From Verrucomicrobiia bacterium (GTDB lineage: Bacteria > Verrucomicrobiota > Verrucomicrobiia > Limisphaerales > UBA11358): DNA of 64,000 nt. Both the position numbers and the translations under genes were made by a program. Position 1 is the first letter of the stretch, and the number at the start of each line of letters is the position of its first letter. The stretch spans positions 125,108 to 189,107 of the forward strand of contig JBAPQW010000053.1 of the NCBI GenBank assembly GCA_049280815.1. The letters run 5' to 3'. The notes beneath the pieces were generated by a model. The model was not told the origin of the DNA, made no database searches, and worked only from the letters and a program-made list of their open reading frames with translations. Positions 36,933-46,217 of the stretch are shown in pieces.

Positions 36933-38675
36933 ATGTCCGATGTGAGCGACATGGAACTGTTGCGGGATTACGACCGGCAAGGCTCGGAAGCCGCTTTTGC
37001 CGAACTGGTCCGGCGGCACATCAACCTGGTCTATTCGGTCGCGTTCCGTCACGTCAGCATGGCCGCGCAAGCCGAGGAAATCACGCAGGCGGTCTTTGTC
37101 ATTCTCGCGCGCAAAGCCGCCGGCCTCCGCCCGGGCACCATCGTGGAAGGCTGGCTGCACGAAACCACGCGGCTGACGGCGCTGAGCTTCCTGCGTGGGG
37201 AACGCCGCCGGCAATTTCGCGAACAGGAGGCTTATATGCAATCCACCCTTCAGGAATCTGCCGAGGCCTCAGCCTGGAATCAACTCGCGCCGCTGCTGGA
37301 TGAAGCCATGTCGCGGCTGGGCAAAAAGGATCGCGACGCCGTCGTGTTGCGGTTTTTCAAAGACAAAAATGTTTGCGAAGTCGCGGCGGCGTTGAGCGTC
37401 AGCGAGGCGGCGGCGCAAAGGCGGGTTCTGCGCGCGGTGGAGAAATTGCGGCGGTTTTTCACGAAACGCGGTGTCGTGCTTCCGGCTGCGGTCCTCACGG
37501 CGGCGCTGTCCGCCAACTCCGTTCAGGCCGCACCGGCCCTGCTGGCAAAAACGGCCACCGCGGCGGCGATATCCAAGGGCGCGGCGGCCAGCGGTTCAAC
37601 CTTAACCCTCATCAAAGGAGCATTGAAACTTATGGCATGGACCAAGGCAAAAACTGCAATCATTGCCGGCGTGGGCGTGCTGCTGGTGGCAGGAACAGCT
37701 ACGATGGTCGTCAACGAATTCGCCCCGCATCCGGCACCATCCGACACTCCGGCGGACATGAATATCCGGTGGCAGGCCGGCAAGACCTACGCCATGCGGG
37801 CAGAGATGGTTGAAACCGTGGAGTCAAAGTCGTCCGGCCAGCCCCAGTCGTTTAAACAGTCGGTGAGCCTGATGCAGGATTACACCCTGTCCGTCCGCAA
37901 GGAACTCGACAACGGTGGCCGGCAATTGCAGCTGGAATTTACCGACGAAACCATGGCCGTTAGCGTGGACGGGCGCCAGGTGTCGAGTTTCGATTCCAAA
38001 CAGGATTCGGCGCAGGAAGGCGGCGTTCCCATGGCGGCCATGCAGCGAAAACTGCTCGGCACCCGCTTCCAATATTTTACCGCCGCGGACGGCCAGGTGG
38101 AGAAAGTGGAGGGCATGGAGGAATTGATGCGACAAATCGGGACCATCGGAAAGCCGCAGGACCGGGCGATATTCCAACAAATGTTCAGCGGGGACCTGCT
38201 AAAGGAATATGCATCGTTTGGGGGGATGATGACCAACCGGCCGGTGAAGGTGGGCGATCACTGGCGGAAAACAAAGGACTTTGTCAGTCCGGTCGGTGTT
38301 GTGGCCACCGACATGGAGTACACCTTCAAGAATTGGGAACAACATGACGATCGCAAGTGCATCCGAATTGCGGTTGCGGGCACCATTTCAGCCAAACCTG
38401 ATGCAACGGCTCAAAACAGTCCTCGACGAAACATAAAAGGGGAATTTACCGGTGATGCCTGGTTCGATCCCGCGCTCGGGATGGTTGTGGATGCCAACTA
38501 CGATCAGAACATAGCAATGGAAACCATGAATCGGGGACAAACTGTTCCCATTCAAATAACCGAAAAAATCCGTTTCACCCTGGTGGATGTGGAAGAGGCT
38601 GAACGGTTGCCGGGAGCCCGGGCCATCCAAACCATTTTACATGCTGCCCGCGCATTGTATAATGTCCCTCTGTGA
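36933..38675 (+). CDS. ECF sigma factor fused to a TM helix and a ~310-aa extracytoplasmic domain
   Basis: 580 aa. Sigma70 region 2 is present (FAELVRRHINLVYSVAFRHV). Region 4 HTH follows (DRDAVVLRFFKDKNVCEVAAALSVSEAAAQRRVLRAVEKLRRFF). A TM segment (TAIIAGVGVLLVAGTATMVV, about nt 37659-37728) is followed by a non-repetitive C-terminal domain. Confidence 0.8.
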   Translation: MSDVSDMELLRDYDRQGSEAAFAELVRRHINLVYSVAFRHVSMAAQAEEITQAVFVILARKAAGLRPGTIVEGWLHETTRLTALSFLRGERRRQFREQEAYMQSTLQESAEASAWNQLAPLLDEAMSRLGKKDRDAVVLRFFKDKNVCEVAAALSVSEAAAQRRVLRAVEKLRRFFTKRGVVLPAAVLTAALSANSVQAAPALLAKTATAAAISKGAAASGSTLTLIKGALKLMAWTKAKTAIIAGVGVLLVAGTATMVVNEFAPHPAPSDTPADMNIRWQAGKTYAMRAEMVETVESKSSGQPQSFKQSVSLMQDYTLSVRKELDNGGRQLQLEFTDETMAVSVDGRQVSSFDSKQDSAQEGGVPMAAMQRKLLGTRFQYFTAADGQVEKVEGMEELMRQIGTIGKPQDRAIFQQMFSGDLLKEYASFGGMMTNRPVKVGDHWRKTKDFVSPVGVVATDMEYTFKNWEQHDDRKCIRIAVAGTISAKPDATAQNSPRRNIKGEFTGDAWFDPALGMVVDANYDQNIAMETMNRGQTVPIQITEKIRFTLVDVEEAERLPGARAIQTILHAARALYNVPL

Positions 38676-39820
38676 ATCCGGAAAAGCGCACGCGCGTGGT
38701 CTGCGGCATGAGCGGGGGAGTGGACTCCTCCGCCACGGCGGCATTGTTGCTGGAGCAGGGCTACGACGTCATCGGCATCACGCTCAAGCTCTGGCCGCAG
38801 GACTGCGTGAACCGCGCCGAGGACAAATGCTGCGGTCCGCAGGCCGTCACCGATGCGCGGTCGGTCTGCCACAAGCTGGGCATTCCGTATTACCTCATTG
38901 ACGAGGCGGCGGAATTCCAGAAACACGTCATCAATTACTTTGCCGACGAATACAAGGCCGGGCGCACGCCGAACCCGTGCGTGATGTGCAATCAGACTCT
39001 CAAGTTCGGCCGGCTCATTGACCGGGCTGACCAGCTTGGCGCGCAATACATCGCCACCGGCCATTTCGCGCGGGTTGAATTTTCCCCTCACCTGGCTGGT
39101 AAGACTGACCTGCCGGTCAGCCCGGACGCGCGGCAGCGCATCCCTACCAAGTCTGCGGGCCGGTATCACCTCAAGCGGGGGCGCGATTTGAAAAAGGATC
39201 AGAGCTATTTCCTTTTTTCGCTGCGACAGGACCAGCTGGCGCGCGCACTGTTTCCGCTGGGCGAAAAGACCAAGAGCGACACGCGCGAGGTCGCGCGGCA
39301 CTGCCAGCTCAAGACCGCCGACAAGGCGGAGAGCATGGAAATCTGTTTCGTGCCGGACAAGGACTACGGGAAATTTCTCCAGGAAGCAAACCTGGCGCAG
39401 AAGCATCACGGCAATATCGTGGATTTGCACGGGCAGGTGCTCGGTCATCACGACGGGATTGAGTTTTACACCATCGGCCAGCGGAAGGGGTTGGGCCTCA
39501 CCACGTCCAAGCCAGTTTACGTGATCGAGCTGGATGCGGAAAGCAACCGGGTCGTGGTCGGGGACGACTCGGCGCTGGATCGTGACGAGTTCATCGTGGA
39601 GCGCTGCAACTGGATTGCGTTCGATGAGCTGTCCGCGCCGGCCGAAGTGACGGCGAAGATCCGTTACAACCATCCCGGGACGGCGGCGACGCTGACGCCT
39701 TTGGGGCCGGGCCGGGCCAGGGTGAAGCTCCATGAACCCCAACGCGCCATCACCCCCGGCCAGGCGGCGGTGTTTTATCAGGACGATCTGGTGTTGGGCG
39801 GCGGCTGGATCACAAAATAG
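38672..39820 (+). CDS. mnmA: tRNA 2-thiouridine(34) synthase MnmA
   Basis: 382 aa with a GTG start overlapping the sigma gene stop (GTGA). It has the PP-loop CGMSGGVDSS, NPCVMCN and KDQSYFL. Confidence 0.9.
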   Translation: MNPEKRTRVVCGMSGGVDSSATAALLLEQGYDVIGITLKLWPQDCVNRAEDKCCGPQAVTDARSVCHKLGIPYYLIDEAAEFQKHVINYFADEYKAGRTPNPCVMCNQTLKFGRLIDRADQLGAQYIATGHFARVEFSPHLAGKTDLPVSPDARQRIPTKSAGRYHLKRGRDLKKDQSYFLFSLRQDQLARALFPLGEKTKSDTREVARHCQLKTADKAESMEICFVPDKDYGKFLQEANLAQKHHGNIVDLHGQVLGHHDGIEFYTIGQRKGLGLTTSKPVYVIELDAESNRVVVGDDSALDRDEFIVERCNWIAFDELSAPAEVTAKIRYNHPGTAATLTPLGPGRARVKLHEPQRAITPGQAAVFYQDDLVLGGGWITK

Positions 39821-40307
39821 GGCGGCGCCCGTTGCGCCGCCCTGGTACAACTTGAGACGGGAAACAACAGAACCCATCCCGGTCCTTTCCACCCATAGGG
39901 TGTTGGTGGAAAAACCACGATTGAGAGGACTGACCGGCGGAAAAGTTTCCGCCCGAAGTTTTTTTTGAAATCCAGAAAGGTCAGCAGCTGCCGTCATGTT
40001 AACTTAAGCGGCCTTGAACGGGGACGGCATTTGCCGGGGAATCTTGGCGCGGGCGGTTTGCCACCGCCCTGCTCGTTTTCAAGACAACTTCTGTCTTAAG
40101 GTTTTTCTATTAAACCGGATGGACTGCCGCCAATTGAGGCATGGCGGGTGAAGGAAACTACAGCTTGCGACTTCCGAGCTGAAAGCATTGAGTTCTGCAA
40201 GACAATCGCCGGAACTCATGTTGTCCAAAAGTGTGTCACTCATTTCCAAAAAATGCCTGTGCCGGTGGTGGCATGTTGGCAAGGCTTATGCGTAGAGAAC
40301 ACGCAAG

Positions 40308-43300
40308 ATGTACAAAGCAGGAGCAGTACCGGTTCGTACGGGGCGTTTTAGTCTTGGTTCTTTTCTTTGTTTCGCCTTGTTTTTAACAACGCGGCTTTCA
40401 GTCTTGGCGGCCGGAAGCGTAACGTTGGCCTGGAATCCCAGCGCCGATCCTCTGGTGGTGGGTTACAATGTCTATTATGGTGCAGCCAGTGCCACCTATA
40501 CCAACGAGATTTCTGCAGGAACAGCAACGAATATCAGCATTTCCGGCTTGGTCCCAGGCACCACCTATTATTTTGCGGCGACCACCTACAATGCCGCCAA
40601 CATGGAAAGTGCGTATTCCAGCGAAGTCTCCTACTTGGTTCCCCAGAATGTTTCGGGCAACCAGCCGCCGACGTTGAACCCCATCGCCAACCTCACCATC
40701 AATGAAAACACCGGCCTGCGAACCGTCAGTTTATCCGGCATCACTTCCGGCGCGCCGAATGAAATTCAGACACTTACCGTCACCGCTTTTTCCAGCAACA
40801 CCAATCTGATTCCCAATCCGGCGGTCAGTTACGTCAGCGCCAACACCACCGGCTCCCTGTCCTTCACGCCGGTGATCAATGGCAATGGCACCGCCATCAT
40901 TACTGTCACGGTCAACGATGGCGGAGCGAGCAATAACCTCGTCACCCAGACATTCACGGTCACGGTCAGCCCGGTGAACCAGCCGCCGACGTTGAACGCG
41001 ATCAGCCCCCTGACCATCAATGAGAACGCCGGATTGCAAACGGTGAACCTGTCCGGCATCACCTCCGGCGCGGCCAATGAAAACCAGACGCTGACGGTCA
41101 CGGCTGCATCGAGCAACACCGGTTTGGTTCCCAATCCGACGGTCAATTATGCCAGCGCGAACCCCACGGGCTCCCTGACCTTCACCCCGGTGGTCAATGG
41201 CAACGGAACCGCCACCATTACCGTCAAGGTTAATGACGGCGGAACCAGCAATAATATCGTCACCCAAACATTTACGGTCAAGGTCAACCCGGTAAATCAG
41301 CCACCCACGTTGAACGCGATCAATCCTTTGACCATCAATGAGAATGCCGGATTGCAAACGGTGAACCTGTCCGGCATCACCTCCGGCGCGGCCAATGAAA
41401 ACCAGACGCTGACAGTCACGGCCGCGTCGAGCAACACCGGCTTGATTCCCAACCCGACCGTCAATTACACCAGTGCGAAAACCAACGGCACCATCACCTT
41501 TACGCCGGTGGTCAACGCCAACGGAACCGCCACCATTACCGTCAAGGTCAACGACGGCGGAGCCAGCAATAATATCGTTACCCGGACCTTTACCGTTACG
41601 GTCAACCCGGTGAACCAGCCGCCGACGTTGAACGCCATCGGCAATCTGACCATCAACAAAAACGCCGGTCTGCAGACGGTGAACCTGTCCGGCATCAGTT
41701 CCGGCGCGGCCAACGAAAACCAGACGCTGACGATCACGGCCACTTCGAGCAACACTGGCTTGATTCCCAACCCGACGGTCAACTACACCAGCCCGAACCC
41801 AGCCGGCAGTTTGACCTTTGCGCCGTTGGCCAACACCAATGGGTCAGCCATCATTACGGTTACCGTCAACGATGGCGGTACAAGCAATAACCTCGTTACC
41901 CAAACCTTTACGATCAATGTTCTGGCAGTCAACGATCTCACCCGGCCCACGGCTCAAATCACGGCCCCGACGTCGAACCAGCAGTTGACCAATGGCGGAT
42001 TTACGGTGACGGGCAAGGCCAGTGACAACGTGGCGGTAGCAGCGGTGTATTGTTCCATCAACGGGTCGGGCTGGAGCCCGGCCGCGACGGTCAACGGGTG
42101 GACGAACTGGACGGCAAACGTGACGCTAACGCCCGGGCCGAACACGATTCAGGCTTATGCGGTGGACACGAGCGGGAACCTCTCGCCTACCAACAGTGTG
42201 AGTTTTACCTATGCAGTCTATGCTCCGCTAACCGTGAAGGTCAATGGCGGCGGAAGCGTGAACCCGAACTGTAATGGGATGCGGCTGATGGTTGGAGAGC
42301 CTTATGCAATGACAGCGAACGCGGCGGGCGGATTTGTATTTACGAACTGGACAGTTGGCGGGAGCACGGTGTTGACCAACAAGCAGACGCTGTCGTTCAC
42401 GATGGCGTCAAACCTGGTGTTCACGGCGAACTTTGTGGATGTGGCCAAGCCGACGTTGAACATTGTGGCGCCAACGTCGAACCAGCAGCTGACGAATGGG
42501 GGATTTACGGTGACGGGGACGGCGCAGGACAATTTGGCGGTGGGCACGGTGCGTTACTCGTTGAATGGGTCGAGCTGGACGGCGGCGACGACGGTCAACG
42601 GGTGGACGAACTGGACGGCGAACGTGACGCTGACGCCCGGGCCGAACACGATCCAGGCATATGCGGTGGACACGACGGGGAACATCTCCTCGACGAACAG
42701 CGTGACCTTCCACTATGTGGTGTACACGCCGCTGACGGTGAAGGTCAACGGCGGTGGGAGCATCAATCCGAATTACAACGGGGTGCAGCTCAAGGTAGGG
42801 GAACCCTACGCGATGACGGCCAATGCGGCGGGCGGATTTGTGTTTACGAACTGGACGGGCGGCGGGAGCACGGTGTTGACCAACAAGCAGACGCTGTCAT
42901 TTACGATGGCGTCGAACCTGGTGTTCACGGCGAACTTTGTGGATGGGGCCAAGCCGACGTTGAGCCTTGTGGCGCCGACGTCGAACCAGCAGTTGACCAA
43001 TGGCGGATTTACGGTGACGGGCAAGGCCAGTGACAACGTGGCGGTGGGTACGGTGCATTACTCGCTGAACGGGTCGGGCTGGACGCCGGCGACGACGGTC
43101 AACGGGTGGACGAACTGGACGGCGAACGTGACGCTGACGCCCGGGCCGAACACGATTCAGGCATATGCGGTGGACACGACAGGGAACATCTCGTCGACGA
43201 ACAGCGTGACCTTCCATTATGTGGTGTACACGCCGCTGACGGTGAAGGTCAACGGTGGTGGGAGCATCAATCCGAATTACAACGGGGTGCAACTCAAGGT

Positions 43301-45020
43301 AGGGGAACCCTACTCGATGTCGGCCAGTGCGGCGGGAGGTTGTATCTTCACCAATTGGACGGGCGGCGGGAGCACGGTGTTGACCAACAAGCAGACGCTG
43401 TCATTTACGATGGCGTCGAACCTGGTGTTCACGGCGAACTTTGTGGATGTGACCAAGCCAACCATCTCAATCTCGGCCCCGGGGATGAATTCGCATGTGG
43501 CCAGCGCTGCGTTCGTGGTGACGGGTCAAGCCGGGGACAACGTGGCGGTAACCAATGTTTATTACTCGTTGAACGGATCGGGCTGGATCCCGGCAATGAC
43601 AGCCAACGCGTGGAAAAACTGGACGGCAAACGTAACGCTGACGCCCGGCGCGAACACGCTCCTGGCTTATGCGGTGGACACCACCGGGAACCGCTCGTCG
43701 ACCAACAGCGTCAGTTTTGTGTATGATTCATCGCCGAGTTCAATTTCCGGGTTGATGGGGGCGGTGAATGAGAATGGCGGCGGCACATTTTACCTGTGCT
43801 TTGGCAATGGCACCTTCAGCCAGAATTCCGGCAATACCAACTATGATAATGGCGTGGGCAACTACAGCTACCAGAAGCTGACGGCGAATACGGCCAAGGT
43901 GGCACTTACCTACACCGCCCCGCCCAGTCTGGCCGGCTCCTCGAACATCGTGTTGCTGACGTTCATCACCAATAACTTCTGTGTCTTCAGCAACCAGTAC
44001 GATGCGGCGAACACCGGCACGATCAGTTTCTGGACGGTGCCCAATTGGGCCACGGTGTCATTGAACGGCAGGAAGTCGGCGCTGATTGCTGGCGGAGGAC
44101 AGACCACCGTGGGGTTTGGTGGGAACACACTCACCATCACCAATGCCATCGGCCAGGTTAAAAACGGGACTTACACGTTCAAGCAATACAGCCCGGTGGG
44201 AGCGCTCGTGACGGAGATTCTGCCGCAGGAAACGAACTACCTGGAACTCACCTTTGCCGCAACCAATTATGGCATCTTTGCCAACACCGCCTATGTCGGT
44301 TCCAGCAATGCGCCGACGGCGGAGGCGGGCATATTTGCACTGCTCTCACAATTGCCGGGCGGGAATGCGCCGATGGCATTGTCAGGTCAGGCAGCGCAGG
44401 TGACCCAGCCGGATGCTGTGTTTGGGATGGGTTTTGGGATTGCCACGTTCAGCCAGGACTCGTCCGACACCAATTACGCGAATGGTGTGGGGAGTTATAC
44501 TTACACCCGGTTGGGTACGAACAGCGCCCAGTTGAGTATGGTCTATACCGCGCCGCCAACTTCCGGCAGCACCGTTGGCCCCGTGGTCCTGACATTTATC
44601 GCGCCGAATTTCTGCGTGCTGACCAATCAGGACGGCAGCGGCAGCAATACGCTGGCGGCCATGAGCTTTTGGACCCCGCCGACCAATTGGGTGCCAACCT
44701 CATTGACCGGTCGGATCATTTCTACGACGAACGCGGAAGGGGTGGTGGACGTGGTCACCTATAATGGCGACGGCACATTCAGCCAGACGGAGACCGGCTC
44801 CAGCAGTCCCGGGGTCTCGTCGGGCACCTATGTTTTCACACCTTACAGCCCCGTGGGCGCGATGCTGGTGTTGACTTACAATGGCGGCGTGCAGGCCGGA
44901 AGCGTGGCTTATATCCAGATCACCTTCACGGGCCAGGGAGCGGGCAGCTTCTTTGTGACGTTCTATGACGCCCTGGCGGATCCGCCGGTGGCCGGCTACG
45001 GCGATTTTGGCATCCAATAA
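40308..45020 (+). CDS. giant secreted repeat protein (FN3, 4 x 106-aa beta-sandwich repeats, 3.5 x 168-aa Ig/InlB-B-repeat-like units, unknown C-terminal region)
   Basis: 1570 aa with a signal peptide (..LSVLAAGS) and an FN3-like start (VTLAWNPSADPLVVGYNVYYG). The NQPPTLN..TVNDGG repeats follow. Then come units made of an Ig-like part (APTSNQQLTNGGFTVTG..DNVAV) plus LTVKVNGGGS..FTNWTGG..FTANFVD. Confidence 0.85.
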   Translation: MYKAGAVPVRTGRFSLGSFLCFALFLTTRLSVLAAGSVTLAWNPSADPLVVGYNVYYGAASATYTNEISAGTATNISISGLVPGTTYYFAATTYNAANMESAYSSEVSYLVPQNVSGNQPPTLNPIANLTINENTGLRTVSLSGITSGAPNEIQTLTVTAFSSNTNLIPNPAVSYVSANTTGSLSFTPVINGNGTAIITVTVNDGGASNNLVTQTFTVTVSPVNQPPTLNAISPLTINENAGLQTVNLSGITSGAANENQTLTVTAASSNTGLVPNPTVNYASANPTGSLTFTPVVNGNGTATITVKVNDGGTSNNIVTQTFTVKVNPVNQPPTLNAINPLTINENAGLQTVNLSGITSGAANENQTLTVTAASSNTGLIPNPTVNYTSAKTNGTITFTPVVNANGTATITVKVNDGGASNNIVTRTFTVTVNPVNQPPTLNAIGNLTINKNAGLQTVNLSGISSGAANENQTLTITATSSNTGLIPNPTVNYTSPNPAGSLTFAPLANTNGSAIITVTVNDGGTSNNLVTQTFTINVLAVNDLTRPTAQITAPTSNQQLTNGGFTVTGKASDNVAVAAVYCSINGSGWSPAATVNGWTNWTANVTLTPGPNTIQAYAVDTSGNLSPTNSVSFTYAVYAPLTVKVNGGGSVNPNCNGMRLMVGEPYAMTANAAGGFVFTNWTVGGSTVLTNKQTLSFTMASNLVFTANFVDVAKPTLNIVAPTSNQQLTNGGFTVTGTAQDNLAVGTVRYSLNGSSWTAATTVNGWTNWTANVTLTPGPNTIQAYAVDTTGNISSTNSVTFHYVVYTPLTVKVNGGGSINPNYNGVQLKVGEPYAMTANAAGGFVFTNWTGGGSTVLTNKQTLSFTMASNLVFTANFVDGAKPTLSLVAPTSNQQLTNGGFTVTGKASDNVAVGTVHYSLNGSGWTPATTVNGWTNWTANVTLTPGPNTIQAYAVDTTGNISSTNSVTFHYVVYTPLTVKVNGGGSINPNYNGVQLKVGEPYSMSASAAGGCIFTNWTGGGSTVLTNKQTLSFTMASNLVFTANFVDVTKPTISISAPGMNSHVASAAFVVTGQAGDNVAVTNVYYSLNGSGWIPAMTANAWKNWTANVTLTPGANTLLAYAVDTTGNRSSTNSVSFVYDSSPSSISGLMGAVNENGGGTFYLCFGNGTFSQNSGNTNYDNGVGNYSYQKLTANTAKVALTYTAPPSLAGSSNIVLLTFITNNFCVFSNQYDAANTGTISFWTVPNWATVSLNGRKSALIAGGGQTTVGFGGNTLTITNAIGQVKNGTYTFKQYSPVGALVTEILPQETNYLELTFAATNYGIFANTAYVGSSNAPTAEAGIFALLSQLPGGNAPMALSGQAAQVTQPDAVFGMGFGIATFSQDSSDTNYANGVGSYTYTRLGTNSAQLSMVYTAPPTSGSTVGPVVLTFIAPNFCVLTNQDGSGSNTLAAMSFWTPPTNWVPTSLTGRIISTTNAEGVVDVVTYNGDGTFSQTETGSSSPGVSSGTYVFTPYSPVGAMLVLTYNGGVQAGSVAYIQITFTGQGAGSFFVTFYDALADPPVAGYGDFGIQ
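40659..41930 (+). repeat. 4 in-frame tandem repeats of 318 bp
   Basis: Units start at 40659, 40977, 41295 and 41613, each at the codons for NQPPTLN. DNA similarity is high (for example 41010-41110 vs 41328-41428). Confidence 0.9.
41943..43725 (+). repeat. 3.5 in-frame tandem repeats of 504 bp
   Basis: Units start at 41943, 42447, 42951 and 43455. Units 2 and 3 are about 95% identical over roughly 400 bp (42601-43000 vs 43105-43504). Confidence 0.9.
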
Positions 45021-45198
45021 GGTGGTGGCACAAGACCGCGAAAGTGGCTGATTGAACTGCGATTGATCGGCCAACAAAATCTCTGACTCCGGGCGGCCCG
45101 TTGGCAGGAGGGGGAACCAGTTCCTGGCCCCCCATGCTTTTCCAAAATTGACACTTGCTTCGAGTGCGTTGGTTGTTACAGTCCCTCCACAATTTCAT

Positions 45199-45221
45199 CC
45201 GCCGACTGCGGCGGTTTTTTT
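45199..45221 (+). terminator. intrinsic terminator
   Basis: CCGCCG-ACTG-CGGCGG followed by TTTTTTT. It lies 180 nt after the giant-gene stop and 28 nt before the prs start. Confidence 0.75.
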
Positions 45222-45248
45222 CATTTTAACCAGAAATAAATTTAACGC

Positions 45249-46193
45249 GTGAAAATTTTCAGCGGCACATCCAACGAACCTCTGGCCCGGGCCATCTGCA
45301 AATCCATCGGCAGCGAACTCGGCAAGTGCTCCGTCCAGCCGTTTCCCGATGGCGAGACGTTTGTGAAGATTGAGGAGAACGTGCGGGGCGAGGACGTGTT
45401 CATTGTCCAGCCCACGTCGCCGCCCACCAACCACAATCTGATGGAGCTCTTCATCATGATTGACGCGGTGCGGCGGGCGAGCGCGACGCGCATCACGGCG
45501 GTGCTGCCGTTTTATGGTTACGCGCGCCAGGACCGCAAGGACCAGCCCCGCGTGCCCATTACCGCCAAACTCGTGGCGAACCTGCTCGTGGCCGCCGGCG
45601 CCGGCCGCATTCTGGCCATGGACCTCCACGCGCAGCAGATCCAGGGTTTCTTCGACATCCCCGTGGACCATCTCTATGCCGCGCCCGTGATGTATGAGTA
45701 TTTGAAGAAAAAAAACCTCACCGACCTGGTCGTGGTCAGCCCGGATGTGGGCGGGCTGAAAATGGCGCACGCGTATTCCCAGGTTCTCGGGGGCGGCCTC
45801 GCCATCGTGGCCAAACGCCGCAAGAGCGCGACGGAAGTTGAGTCCATGGCGGTCATCGGTGATATCAAGGGCAAGAATGTGCTGCTGGTGGATGATCTGA
45901 CGGAAACGGCGGGAACCTTGACGCAGGCTTCGGCGCTGCTGAAAAAGAAGGGGGCGAAACAGATTCTGGCCTGTGTTTCCCATGCCATTTTGAATGACGT
46001 GGGCATCGAAAGATTGCGAAAATCGGTGATTGACGAATTGATTACAACTGATACAGTCCAACGCCCTGCAATTGACGGTGTGAAAATTACCACATTGTCA
46101 GTGGCCGGGCTGTTGGGCGAAGCCATCAAGCGGATTCACAGCAATTCGTCGGTGAATTCGCTGTTTGAATTCAAAGGCGGGCGCACCAGTTAG
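45249..46193 (+). CDS. prs: ribose-phosphate pyrophosphokinase
   Basis: 314 aa with a GTG start and typical Prs sequence (MKIFSGTSN, DLHAQQIQGFFDIPVDHL, VDDLTETAGT). Confidence 0.95.
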   Translation: MKIFSGTSNEPLARAICKSIGSELGKCSVQPFPDGETFVKIEENVRGEDVFIVQPTSPPTNHNLMELFIMIDAVRRASATRITAVLPFYGYARQDRKDQPRVPITAKLVANLLVAAGAGRILAMDLHAQQIQGFFDIPVDHLYAAPVMYEYLKKKNLTDLVVVSPDVGGLKMAHAYSQVLGGGLAIVAKRRKSATEVESMAVIGDIKGKNVLLVDDLTETAGTLTQASALLKKKGAKQILACVSHAILNDVGIERLRKSVIDELITTDTVQRPAIDGVKITTLSVAGLLGEAIKRIHSNSSVNSLFEFKGGRTS

Positions 46194-46217
46194 CGCCAAA
46201 CAATTTATTATTTTAAG

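Noticed and set aside
39820-39842. Perfect 9-bp GC hairpin (GGGCGGCGC-CCGTT-GCGCCGCCC) overlapping the mnmA stop
   Set aside because: No U tract follows, so it is not called an intrinsic terminator. It may be a REP-like stabiliser, but only one copy was seen.
38552-39997. 481-aa ORF on the minus strand
   Set aside because: It is entirely antisense to the clearly recognisable mnmA (PP-loop SGGVDSS, KDQSYFL). Its Arg/Gly/Ala/Leu-rich composition is typical of shadow ORFs in high-GC DNA.
40659-43725. Regularly spaced repeats checked as a possible CRISPR array
   Set aside because: The units are 318 and 504 bp, contiguous, in frame and protein-coding, with no short repeat/unique spacer organisation. 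No cas genes are in the window.
45148-45221. TTGACA followed ~45 nt later by the terminator hairpin (a tiny sRNA or prs attenuator?)
   Set aside because: No acceptable -10 hexamer occurs at 16-19 nt spacing (the best TACAGT is 23 nt away). The hairpin is adequately explained as the terminator of the giant gene.
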